Source: an uncultured Alphaproteobacteria bacterium (lineage in GTDB: Bacteria > Pseudomonadota > Alphaproteobacteria > CAAHEQ01 > UBA3637). Taken from it: 58,427 bases of DNA. Below, piece by piece: positions 10,852 through 20,449 of the stretch. The translations under genes and the position numbers were made by a program. The notes beneath the pieces are model-generated. The model was given only the letters and a program-made list of their open reading frames with translations. It had not been told where the DNA came from and did no database searches. The first letter of the stretch is position 1; each line of letters opens with the position of its first letter. Location: NCBI GenBank assembly GCA_944392585.1, contig CALXXA010000002.1:1-58427 (forward strand), given 5' to 3'.

Positions 10852-11309
10852 CTTGCCTTAAAAACACCTGAGTAAGCGATAGCACAATGTTCCTCACAAT
10901 AAGCCTTTCCCGGGACAGCTTCTTTCCCGCAGAAATGGAAATCAGGATCTTTAGGATCCCCTTCTGGCCAACGACAAGAGGTTGGTTTTAAATCAACGAG
11001 TTTAACTCCTTTATTTTTATCAGTTTTATTTTTTTCGACTGTTTTTACAAGTTTTAAAACTTTTTGAACACTTGCAGATTTTTCTTTCTTTATAGGCGAT
11101 TTATTTTTTTTCTTAACAGGCTGTTTTTTTTCTTTTTTACAAGAAGTTTCTCTTTTTATGGGAGACGGACGACTTTCTAGACCCAACCGATGAGCTTTCC
11201 CCACAACTGCATTTTTACTTATTCCAAGAATTCTTCCTATTTCCCCTGTTGTTAAGCCTTTTTTCCATAGCTTTTTTAGTTCTTTTATTAATTCCGGTGT
11301 CCAACTCAT
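10848..11309 (-). CDS. gcrA: cell cycle regulator GcrA
   Basis: MSWTPELIKELKKLWKKGLTTGEIGRILGISKNAVVGKAHRLGL together with the C-terminal CRWPEGDP..FHFCG....YCEEH is the GcrA signature. I chose the ATG at 11309, which has GGAG upstream. Its stop overlaps the polA start (ATGA). Confidence 0.85.
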   Translation of the reverse strand: MSWTPELIKELKKLWKKGLTTGEIGRILGISKNAVVGKAHRLGLESRPSPIKRETSCKKEKKQPVKKKNKSPIKKEKSASVQKVLKLVKTVEKNKTDKNKGVKLVDLKPTSCRWPEGDPKDPDFHFCGKEAVPGKAYCEEHCAIAYSGVFKAR

Positions 11310-11350
11310 TCGTTTTCTCCTTACTTTTCTCATAAGATACAAGAAAATTT

Positions 11351-12412
11351 TTAAAAGTCAAGAAAAAGCGGTGTCCCCAACATAAAATAGCGTGGTCTTA
11401 ACAAGACATCTAATTTTCCTCTTTGATTTTTTACCGCATCCACATCAGCAGGGTTCGTCTCAAACATCTTTATTGTCGTTTCCCATGCTTGTTGTGTCAT
11501 GGGGTCTAACTTATTAACCATCATAGGATAAGACTTTTTCTTTACAAGAATATCTTGAACAATTGTCGGCGGTGTTTTTATAAGCCTAAAAGCCTTAATC
11601 ATCCGATCGCATTTATTTGTAAACTCACTTCGTGTCATGTTGACTTGATAAAGCTCATTTTCCACAAAGACGCTATGTCCTGTTTGATACATACGCTCAA
11701 CTAAAGACGTACAAGGATTCTGCATTGCCAGAAAAATTTCTGTTCGCGGTAAAGCTAATGCTATCTGCATAATACGTTTTTCCCCTTCTTTCCCCTCCCC
11801 GAACTTTTTAAACGATTCTATAACTTTCATAATTTTTCCGACATCTTCTTTGGTCATACTCCCAACTGCTTCATCTCTCGGCTTTAAAGGATAAATATTC
11901 CTTTCTTCCAACGTCTTGAATTTAGGTTTAAAAACTTTAAAAAAGTCTTTGTTATCCAGACTCATTTCCTGAGGAATAATTTTCTTCTGAGGACTATCTT
12001 TGTCTTTATAAAAAGATAACCACATCTCCGGCATCAAATACGGATACATAAACGGGGATAAATATTCTAAGTGCTCCTGAGCAAATTCCATTACCTCGGG
12101 GGCCAATCGAGTCGGTAATTTCCCTCGCCATTCTATGACACCAGGCATGGTTCTGGTCTTATAAGAAATTCCTCGTGTTTTATGCAATGCAGGGAAAACA
12201 TACTGCCTATATTCAAAAGGCAAGGCAAAAAACTGCTCCATTAGCTTTTGCTCATTTGCTTCTGAGCTCTGCATCTGAAACATTAATGCATTGACATTAT
12301 TCTGCGAATCTTTTTGTAACAATGACGTTAAGTCCTGAAACGAATTCCGTGCCCAAGAAATATCTTGAATTTGAATAAAAAGACATATCAATGCAATATA
12401 AAAAAACCGCAT
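11351..12412 (-). CDS. hypothetical secreted protein
   Basis: 353 aa with an N-terminal signal-like segment (MRFFYIALICLFIQIQDISWA). I recognise no family. It is tightly packed in the leftward gene array. Confidence 0.5.
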   Translation of the reverse strand: MRFFYIALICLFIQIQDISWARNSFQDLTSLLQKDSQNNVNALMFQMQSSEANEQKLMEQFFALPFEYRQYVFPALHKTRGISYKTRTMPGVIEWRGKLPTRLAPEVMEFAQEHLEYLSPFMYPYLMPEMWLSFYKDKDSPQKKIIPQEMSLDNKDFFKVFKPKFKTLEERNIYPLKPRDEAVGSMTKEDVGKIMKVIESFKKFGEGKEGEKRIMQIALALPRTEIFLAMQNPCTSLVERMYQTGHSVFVENELYQVNMTRSEFTNKCDRMIKAFRLIKTPPTIVQDILVKKKSYPMMVNKLDPMTQQAWETTIKMFETNPADVDAVKNQRGKLDVLLRPRYFMLGTPLFLDF

Positions 12413-12426
12413 ACTTTATTTGTCTC

Positions 12427-13851
12427 TTACTTTTTATTTATTTGAACCGTAAAAGTTAAAATAGTTTCTCCTTGAGCTGGAATTTCTACGTCCCAATAAA
12501 CAGTATTAGAATTTTCTTTCACACTCTTGCGGCTTTCTGACAACATCCTCCAAAAATCAGGAAAATATTGCTCAAACCGAACTTGTGTCAGAGTATTCAT
12601 TGCATTACTAAACTTTACTTCAAACCCGACTTCATATACGTCTTTCCCTATTTGTTTATACGTTATCCTCTTTGCTTGAGCCGTAATATCAAATGCCTGT
12701 CCTAACATTAACCTAACTTCTTGTTGAACAGCCGTATGATTAATATTATCTTCTCCGACAAAAACTAATCTATCATTTTGATCTTTTTTATAAACTCTTA
12801 CTGTTCCCTTAGGTAGCGGAAGGCCCAATCCATCTTCTTTTTTATTTTCAAATATCAAAAAAACAAACGGTTTTTTCTCTTTGACCTCTGTCGTATATGC
12901 GACATTTATAATTCCTTTAAATCTATATTTCTTTTGGACTTTTACATTCTCGCTGTTCAATAAAGATACTTGCTTCGTTTGATTAGACATTATATCTGTT
13001 GGTCTATCTAATGTATATAAATAATAATCTCCTAATTGTTCTGTCCCCATTGATGAGCTAGCAACAGTACTATCCATTGACATCATATTTGCCGTTTTCC
13101 TCGCAAATCTTTCAACTCCAACATTTACAGTCCCAGCTACTAATTGTAATGTCGCATCCTCATAACTGACTTTCGTATCATTGGTTAACGTCACCAAGCC
13201 GTTTAAATCCATTTTATTATTTTGATCATTTAACACCGCTACATAATCTGCTTTCCAATTAATTCCTTGTGATAAATACGATATTCCTATTTTTTCTTCT
13301 GAATCTTGTTTACTCTCTAAATCCAAAATCAATGTCGGATTAGACCATAAATTTTTAGGAATTTGATTAAATAAAATACGCCCTGGATATTTTGTTTCGA
13401 TTTTATTCCCTACTTTAAGTACCGGCTCTCCATCGTTAAACGCTAAAATCTGAGCCTCCTGCATCTTCATCTCTCCGGTCGCGGGATTCGTCCACTCTAT
13501 ATCCACCGTAGAGCCAATAGCTTTTCGCATCATATTATCATGCGTTAATAAATCATAATTAAAATTCTGTTCTAATACAGCTATCCCATTTCCTGAAACA
13601 AAAACTGATTCTGGTATCATTTGATTTGAAATGTCCGAGAAAGCTATGCTATTTCTGCCTTTCTTTAGAGGCACTTTACGCTCATCTTTTATTAAGCCTA
13701 TTCCTTGATTGTAAATCGTTACCGTCAAATTATCTCGGCTCACAGATGTAACCGTCTCTATCTCTTGAGCATTTAATACAGAAATTTGTAGAGCAAACAC
13801 AGACCCCAACAATATTTTATAAATCATTTTTCCCCATTTCCTTCGATACAT
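12427..13851 (-). CDS. DUF4139-like (MuiA-type) secreted protein
   Basis: 474 aa. Signal peptide, then LTVTIYNQGIGLIKDERKVPLKKGRNSIAFSDISNQMIPESVFV, a pattern typical of DUF4140/DUF4139 proteins. An alternative start at 13827 (MIYKILL...) has a better RBS. Confidence 0.55.
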   Translation of the reverse strand: MYRRKWGKMIYKILLGSVFALQISVLNAQEIETVTSVSRDNLTVTIYNQGIGLIKDERKVPLKKGRNSIAFSDISNQMIPESVFVSGNGIAVLEQNFNYDLLTHDNMMRKAIGSTVDIEWTNPATGEMKMQEAQILAFNDGEPVLKVGNKIETKYPGRILFNQIPKNLWSNPTLILDLESKQDSEEKIGISYLSQGINWKADYVAVLNDQNNKMDLNGLVTLTNDTKVSYEDATLQLVAGTVNVGVERFARKTANMMSMDSTVASSSMGTEQLGDYYLYTLDRPTDIMSNQTKQVSLLNSENVKVQKKYRFKGIINVAYTTEVKEKKPFVFLIFENKKEDGLGLPLPKGTVRVYKKDQNDRLVFVGEDNINHTAVQQEVRLMLGQAFDITAQAKRITYKQIGKDVYEVGFEVKFSNAMNTLTQVRFEQYFPDFWRMLSESRKSVKENSNTVYWDVEIPAQGETILTFTVQINKK

Positions 13852-14296
13852 ATAAAACCATACCGTCTACTTTAGACACTGTAACCATTTCCCCTGTTCG
13901 CATGTTTTCTTCTGTTCTTACAGGCCACACACTATCTCCTATTTTAATTTGAGCTTGTCCATTTTTCACATCAGAAATCAAAGGATATTTTTTCCCTATA
14001 AATTCTTTCGTCCCTTGGTTTAAATCAGAATATTCTTCTTTTTGAGATTTTCCAAAAACTCTCCCGTAAATGAACCATCCGAGAAAAACGGAAATCATAG
14101 AAAAAACAGCAAAAATCAACAATTGAACAGAAACAGACAAGTCTGGAAGAAACATACATATTATTCCAGTTAACACAGCCCCTATTCCAATCCATATCAT
14201 AAAAATCCCGGGAATAGCAAATTCTGCCATCATCATAAGAATACCGCAGATAACCCACCCCCAATCACTCAAAAAAGATATTCCTAATTCATTCAT
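13817..14296 (-). CDS. NfeD family membrane protein
   Basis: 159 aa. Three N-terminal TM helices plus a C-terminal OB-like soluble domain. It overlaps the stop of the upstream SPFH gene by 8 nt, which is the classic SPFH-NfeD pairing. Confidence 0.75.
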   Translation of the reverse strand: MNELGISFLSDWGWVICGILMMMAEFAIPGIFMIWIGIGAVLTGIICMFLPDLSVSVQLLIFAVFSMISVFLGWFIYGRVFGKSQKEEYSDLNQGTKEFIGKKYPLISDVKNGQAQIKIGDSVWPVRTEENMRTGEMVTVSKVDGMVLYVSKEMGKNDL

Positions 14297-15245
14297 TATT
14301 TTTCAGACCTTTCTTTTCTTTATTTTTTCTGTCCTCATGGAAAACCTCTTTAGTCAACTCGGCAATCCCGGTTAAACTACTGACAAGTCCACTTGTCTCG
14401 AACGGAAGCATCAATAATTTTTGATTAGGCGACTGAACAATTTGTTGTAAGGCTTCTACATATTTTTGACCTAAAAAATAATTTAATGCTTGAATATTTC
14501 CTTTTGCGATCGCTTCCGAGACCATTTGAGTTGCTTTTGCTTCCGCTTGAGCTTCTCTTTCTCTGGCTTCCGCATCACGAAAAGCGGATTCTTTACGACC
14601 TTCTGCAGATAAAATAGCCGATTGTTTTTCTCCATCTGCTTTTAAAATAGCTGCTTGTTTAAAACCTTCTGCTTCTAATATATTTGCTCTTTTTTCTCGT
14701 TCCGCTTTCATTTGCCTCGCCATTGCATCAATTAAATCTCTTGGAGGCGAAATATCTTTAATTTCAACACGTGTAATTTTTGTCCCCCATGGAATAGTCG
14801 CTTCATCCACAACAGTTAATAAACGTTGATTAATCACATCTCTTTGACTGAGCAACTCGTCAATTTCCATTCCTCCTATGACAGTCCGAATGTTTGTCAT
14901 AACTAAATTTAACATTGCTGCATATAAATCATGAATTTGATATGCTGCCTTAGCAGATTCTTGAATCTGGAAAAAGACAACTCCATCCACACGAACCATT
15001 GCATTATCTTTAGTAATAACCTCTTGAGACGGAACATCTAAGACCTGTTCCATTTTATTCACTTTATTTCCAATTTGCTCTATAAATGGAATGAGGATAT
15101 GAAATCCGGGGCGTAATAACCTTGTAAAACGACCTAAATTCTCAACCGTGTATTCATATCCCTGAGGCACAATAACAATACATTTTGCCAATATAATAAT
15201 AACCGCTATTGCCAATACAAGTGTAAAACCTAAAAATCCTGACAT
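14289..15245 (-). CDS. SPFH/band 7 (stomatin-like) protein
   Basis: 318 aa. N-terminal TM helix, a band 7 core (QEVITKDNAMVRVDGVVFFQI...), and a C-terminal Ala/Glu-rich coiled coil. Confidence 0.9.
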   Translation of the reverse strand: MSGFLGFTLVLAIAVIIILAKCIVIVPQGYEYTVENLGRFTRLLRPGFHILIPFIEQIGNKVNKMEQVLDVPSQEVITKDNAMVRVDGVVFFQIQESAKAAYQIHDLYAAMLNLVMTNIRTVIGGMEIDELLSQRDVINQRLLTVVDEATIPWGTKITRVEIKDISPPRDLIDAMARQMKAEREKRANILEAEGFKQAAILKADGEKQSAILSAEGRKESAFRDAEAREREAQAEAKATQMVSEAIAKGNIQALNYFLGQKYVEALQQIVQSPNQKLLMLPFETSGLVSSLTGIAELTKEVFHEDRKNKEKKGLKNNE

Positions 15246-15270
15246 TTTCTTTCCTCCTTATATGGAACAT

Positions 15271-17034
15271 TTATTTATTAAAAACAGCTTTTTCTATAAA
15301 AGTCAAGGGAATAAACTCATGTTTCTCCCCCTCAAAAGAAAAGGGAGAGTGAACTATTTTCATTTGAGCATATTCAGAACGCCTAATACAGTCTAAGGCT
15401 ATTAAAACAGGAATGTTTTTTTCTAAAATCGTTCCCTGAGTTTGTTCCTTCTCATTTAATAAGGCGGTTAAATGTTGTTCTCTTTTTTCATAAGCTTCTC
15501 GAATAAACATTTGATAAGGGCTCTTATAGACAAACAACATTGTTCCAAATAAAACAGCACACACCATCAAAAATAACATCAAAACTAATGACAGTGCAGA
15601 AATGCCGGAAAACGACAGCCCTATCAAACAAAGCCCCATTAAAATCCACCCACTTCCAAGTTCTTGGATTGTTACTTTAATATATTGTTTTACATATTCT
15701 TGATAAACCAGCTTTGTTAAAACAGAATCGTTTTGAAACTGGTGTGAATCCCATACGCATAGTTCTTGTTTTGAAGAAAATAATTTCCTTAATATATATT
15801 TTTGAGCTCTTGATATAAAAATTTTTCGTTTGTTTTGACGTTTTATATAAATCACGCCGTCTGATTTTGCTATTAGCTCAATCACTCCTTTATTTACCAA
15901 AGATAAAAGTATCCCGGCAGCCGATCTGGCATCCGCCCTTTTATATAGCACATACCGCATTACTTCCGGAATATAAGATAGTTTTTTTGCCACTTTTTCC
16001 TTTATTTTTTTCTGTATAGGAATCGTCGTTTTAAAATATATTTCAATTATATAATATCCAATAATCAGACAAATTCCTAAGAAAGATACCCATATTAAAA
16101 AGCTATTATAAAAAAAGTCTACCAGACGCATTGTTATTGGCAGAGTCACCTCCGGTATTTTTTCTATTTTGAAATCAAGCCGAATATCTGTTTTCGGAGG
16201 TAATAAATGAGTCGTTTTAAATACGATTTGCCCCATACCATCTTCCGCGGTTTCCCACATTTTATCAATAGGTTGGTTATTGTCTCCGAAAAAAACCTTT
16301 TTATCAAGCACTCTCACAAACTTAGGGAGTGTCACTAAAATACCCATTCGCTCTATTGAATATGGCAAAGAATGCCCTAATAAACTTAAAAACAACTCAT
16401 CAAATTCTTCTCCGGAAATAAGGGCTTGTGGAAGAAAATACGCAATTTTAAATAAATGTAATCCTGGTTCCAGTTTCTTTAATTCCGGGAAAGTAAGAAC
16501 AACACTGTCTTCTCTCTTCCCTACATCAACAATAAAGGGCGTTGGCTGATAGTTATGTTCGACACTAACGAAAATACGTTCGATCTCATGACTCCCCACT
16601 TGCGGAATCATTACCTTATTTCCGTATCTACGAGATAATGATTGAGACTCTCCTTCTGGAGTTATAATCAACCAAATATTTTCAAATACTAAAAGCTGCC
16701 CATTCGACAATAATTGCACGTTAATGAAAAAATAAGGAATATGCTCGATATACGGAACGGAAAAAGTTTCTCCAAAAAGCGTCTGTATGGATATTTCTTG
16801 TTCTTTCTGCTCCCATTTAAGAGGAGTTGGAATAAACGTATCCTCTTTTTTTTCTTGCTCTTTCGGATGAACTGTTTCTCCTATTAAAAAAACAGGATCG
16901 TTATTAAACGGAATGATTGTTTCTCCAGATGTAGGCAGGCGATACTTTAAAGCAGATGAAAACTCTTGAGCATAGACTACGCTACTTATTAAAAATAAAC
17001 CTATAAGAAATAAAACTGTCCGTCCCCTAAACAT
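15271..17034 (-). CDS. DUF2207-like membrane protein
   Basis: 587 aa. Signal peptide, a roughly 300-aa exoplasmic domain, a TM helix, a cytoplasmic segment (MRYVLYKRADARSAAGILLSLVNKGVIEL) resembling the DUF2207 winged-helix-like region, then further TM helices. Confidence 0.5.
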   Translation of the reverse strand: MFRGRTVLFLIGLFLISSVVYAQEFSSALKYRLPTSGETIIPFNNDPVFLIGETVHPKEQEKKEDTFIPTPLKWEQKEQEISIQTLFGETFSVPYIEHIPYFFINVQLLSNGQLLVFENIWLIITPEGESQSLSRRYGNKVMIPQVGSHEIERIFVSVEHNYQPTPFIVDVGKREDSVVLTFPELKKLEPGLHLFKIAYFLPQALISGEEFDELFLSLLGHSLPYSIERMGILVTLPKFVRVLDKKVFFGDNNQPIDKMWETAEDGMGQIVFKTTHLLPPKTDIRLDFKIEKIPEVTLPITMRLVDFFYNSFLIWVSFLGICLIIGYYIIEIYFKTTIPIQKKIKEKVAKKLSYIPEVMRYVLYKRADARSAAGILLSLVNKGVIELIAKSDGVIYIKRQNKRKIFISRAQKYILRKLFSSKQELCVWDSHQFQNDSVLTKLVYQEYVKQYIKVTIQELGSGWILMGLCLIGLSFSGISALSLVLMLFLMVCAVLFGTMLFVYKSPYQMFIREAYEKREQHLTALLNEKEQTQGTILEKNIPVLIALDCIRRSEYAQMKIVHSPFSFEGEKHEFIPLTFIEKAVFNK

Positions 17035-17085
17035 TATTCCTCCTTTATCTTTACATATATAGGAAATAAAAATAGATGGAAAGAA

Positions 17086-17718
17086 TTAATTTATTTTTTC
17101 CACTGCTCGACATACCTCTTTAACAGGGCATATATAACATTTGGGATGCTTAGCCGTACAAATATATCTGCCCAGTAAGACCAACCAATGTTGAGCATCC
17201 GATTTAAATTCTTCCGGAACGACTTGTGCAAGTTTTTTTTCGACTTCCAGAGGTTTTTCCCCTGGGGCTATTTTTAGTCTGTTTGCCAAACGAAACACAT
17301 GTGTATCTACAGCAATTAACGGACGATGTTCCAGCACATTCAAAAAAACGTTTGCCGTTTTTCGTCCAACTCCGGGAAATTTTTGCAATTCAGCAACATC
17401 TCTAGGAAATTGTCCTTTGTATTTATTCAACAACATTTCTGTCATTCCCATAATATGTTTGGTTTTATTGTTATAATAATTTAAACTTTTTATATATTCA
17501 CGCAAGCCTTTTTCTCCCAAATTTAACATTTGCTGGGGAGTATAAACATTTTGAAACAAACTTTTTGTTGCTTTATTAACGCCCTTATCCGTTGATTGTG
17601 CCGATAAAATAATTGCAACCATTAAAGTATATTCATTTTTAAAATTCAACTCGCATTTAGGATGCGGATTGTTTTGACGTAATAATTCAAAAAAAACTTG
17701 TATTTCTTTTTTTGTCAT
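17086..17718 (-). CDS. nth: endonuclease III
   Basis: 210 aa. HhH-GPD motif (FPGVGRKTANVFL), catalytic-region VDTHVFR, and the 4Fe-4S cluster loop CTAKHPKCYICPVKEVC. Confidence 0.9.
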   Translation of the reverse strand: MTKKEIQVFFELLRQNNPHPKCELNFKNEYTLMVAIILSAQSTDKGVNKATKSLFQNVYTPQQMLNLGEKGLREYIKSLNYYNNKTKHIMGMTEMLLNKYKGQFPRDVAELQKFPGVGRKTANVFLNVLEHRPLIAVDTHVFRLANRLKIAPGEKPLEVEKKLAQVVPEEFKSDAQHWLVLLGRYICTAKHPKCYICPVKEVCRAVEKIN

Positions 17719-17859
17719 ATCTGCACTTTCATTAACAAAAAATTTCTTTAACTCCGCGTTTCTCTAACTTTATTCATAAAAACATCCTTTACAACAAAAA
17801 TCTTTTGTTTTTATCCAATTTCTTTTATTTTCAGATGATTAAGCCTTGTATACATATTT

Positions 17860-20325
17860 TCACAGATGACATTTTCTATTTCTTTCTTGTAAAAAAGCCG
17901 TCGCTTCTTTCTCATTTAACGGAACGCTTAAGAAAAATCCCTGGACAAAATCACATCCAAGTTTTTTTAATACGCGAAGTTGAGTTACATTTTCAATACC
18001 TTCAGCTACAACTTGAAGTCCTAAAATATGTCCCAAACTAATAATTGCTTCAACGATAGCCTTATTTTTCTGAGATGCATCGACATCTTTAATAAAAGAT
18101 TTATCTATTTTTAGCTTATTAACAGGAAGTCGCCGTAAATAATTAAAAGAAGAATATCCGGTTCCAAAATCATCAATAGCGATACAAACGCCATTATCTG
18201 ATAACGTCGTCAAAATTTCTTGAGTTTCTCGATCCTCTTTCATCAACAAAGATTCTGTTAATTCTAGTTCAAAAGATTTTGTTGTTATATGATATTTTTT
18301 TAAAACATCTTGTATACTTTTTTTAAATTCCGGATTTTCAAACTGAATAGCGGAAACGTTCACCGCCATTTTTATATTATTATATCCCATTTTATTCCAT
18401 TTTCGTAACTGCCTTGCCGCTTCTTTCAAAACAAATTCAAACAAAGGAATTATTAAACCAGTATCTTCTGCGACAGAAATAAACAAGTTTGGAGAAATCA
18501 ATCCTTTTTGAGGATGTTTCCACCTTATAAGAGCTTCCCAACCACTAACACATCCTGTTTTTAACTCTATTTGAGGCTGGAAATTTAAGAAAAACTCTTT
18601 TTTAGAAAAGGCTTTTCTCAGATCCTGCTCTAGTTCTAGCCGTTCCTCCATTTCCTTATTTAATTGAGGAGAAAAGAAAAAATAAGAATTCTGAGCTGTT
18701 TTTTTAGCTTTAAATAGAGTCATGTCAGCATAATTTATTAATTTATCCGGATCAGTCGTATCATCCGGAAATAAAGCTATCCCAACATAACTTCCTAGAA
18801 CAATTTCATTTTTATCCACTCGTATTGGTTCTTGAATCGCATGAATTATTTTCTGTGTTATTCTTCCGGCATCATCTGGTTGTTTTACATTTCTTAAAAT
18901 AACCGCAAACTCATCCCCATTAATCCGAGCTATCACATCATTAGGAGTTATACATAGTGAAATTCTATCTGCCATTATCTTTAGAATCCTATCTCCGATT
19001 ACATGGCCTAATGTATCATTAACACAAGAAAAATTAGAAACATCTATAAATAAAACCGCCACGATTTCATGAGATTCGGCAGTCTTTAACAAAATCTGTT
19101 TTAATTTTTTATGGAAAAAATGTCTGTTCGGCAACCCGGTTAGTTGATCATAGTTTGATACATACGTCATTTCTCTTTCTTCATCTTTATACACCGTCGA
19201 TTTATCATATAAAACAACATAATGCTCTATACAACCTTGCCCGTCTAAGACAGGAATAATCATTTGTTCGATTGTAAATAAAGATCCATCTTTGTTCCTT
19301 TCGACTGTTTCTCCTCTCCAAGTACATCCTGCTTTTAAAGCACGTTGCATTTCTTTATTCAAAACAGAACGGGAAAAACGTGTTTTCGTTCCAATAAGCT
19401 CGTTCAAACAATATCCAGTCAGTCTCAAAAAAGCCTCATTAACCCAAATAATATCTCCATTTCGATCTGTAATAAAAACCGCCCCCATAGCCGATGAAAC
19501 AGCTGTACTCAATAATCGCGAGAATTTCTGTTCCTCGGATATTTTCAAAATCTTTCCAAGATGACTCGTTACTTTTTCAAAATACTTTAAAATAATACTT
19601 TTAAATTGCTTATTCGGAACAAGAACATTTAAAACCCCCATTACTTTGTTCTCTGACAAAATAGGAAATGCCATCATCTTATATAACTCCCCTTTTTTGT
19701 CTTTGACATCATCAGAAACGACTTTCTGTCTCTCGCAAGCCAGAACACACGGATGTGTTATTTTTCTCGAATGCCCAAACAACGTTTTAGGAGGAGCCAA
19801 ATAAGAAGCTTCACCTGCTGAAAATAGAACTAGAACGGCTTTTTCTTTTTTTTCATATTGTCCCATCCATATTAAAGGGAATAAAAAAATTTCTTTCAAA
19901 TAGTCTAAAATAAGCTCTGAAAATTGTTCAAATTTTTCTCCTTGTAAGATTTTTTGCAAGACAGCATTTGTCATTGTCTCTATTTGTTCTTTAAAATATT
20001 TTTCTGTATTGTCCCTAACAATAAAGGAGTATGTTCCATCTTCATTTGAAGAAATCAATAAATCTATCGGGAAAAGTAAGCCACTTTTTTTTAATCCTTT
20101 TTCGCAAGAACTATTTTTAGAATCATTCAACGCTTTTAAAACAATTCTCTTTCTTTTATTAAACCTCCCGCATAAAAAAGGCAAAATATCTTGAATCTTA
20201 TGTCCTATCAATTCCTTACACGTATATTCAAACAAGTCTGCCGCTTTAGAATTGATTTTTAAAATAACAGCCGATTTATCTATGACAATGACGGGCTCAG
20301 AAATATCATTTACTTTTCGTAACAA
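17860..20325 (-). CDS. PAS/GAF-like sensor protein with degenerate GGDEF and intact EAL domains
   Basis: 821 aa. The GGDEF position reads NGDEF (ARINGDEFAVIL). The EAL domain has EALIRW, ELELTES, DDFGTGYSS and EGIE motifs. Confidence 0.85.
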   Translation of the reverse strand: MLRKVNDISEPVIVIDKSAVILKINSKAADLFEYTCKELIGHKIQDILPFLCGRFNKRKRIVLKALNDSKNSSCEKGLKKSGLLFPIDLLISSNEDGTYSFIVRDNTEKYFKEQIETMTNAVLQKILQGEKFEQFSELILDYLKEIFLFPLIWMGQYEKKEKAVLVLFSAGEASYLAPPKTLFGHSRKITHPCVLACERQKVVSDDVKDKKGELYKMMAFPILSENKVMGVLNVLVPNKQFKSIILKYFEKVTSHLGKILKISEEQKFSRLLSTAVSSAMGAVFITDRNGDIIWVNEAFLRLTGYCLNELIGTKTRFSRSVLNKEMQRALKAGCTWRGETVERNKDGSLFTIEQMIIPVLDGQGCIEHYVVLYDKSTVYKDEEREMTYVSNYDQLTGLPNRHFFHKKLKQILLKTAESHEIVAVLFIDVSNFSCVNDTLGHVIGDRILKIMADRISLCITPNDVIARINGDEFAVILRNVKQPDDAGRITQKIIHAIQEPIRVDKNEIVLGSYVGIALFPDDTTDPDKLINYADMTLFKAKKTAQNSYFFFSPQLNKEMEERLELEQDLRKAFSKKEFFLNFQPQIELKTGCVSGWEALIRWKHPQKGLISPNLFISVAEDTGLIIPLFEFVLKEAARQLRKWNKMGYNNIKMAVNVSAIQFENPEFKKSIQDVLKKYHITTKSFELELTESLLMKEDRETQEILTTLSDNGVCIAIDDFGTGYSSFNYLRRLPVNKLKIDKSFIKDVDASQKNKAIVEAIISLGHILGLQVVAEGIENVTQLRVLKKLGCDFVQGFFLSVPLNEKEATAFLQERNRKCHL

Positions 20326-20449
20326 ACAACTCCTCCTTAATTATAAAGTTTATAATAAGAAAGTTTTTCTATTTTAAGCGACTTTTATAACAATAGTGTA
20401 ACAAATTTTTTGATATATGAAATAAATATTTAACATTATATATAAAAAA

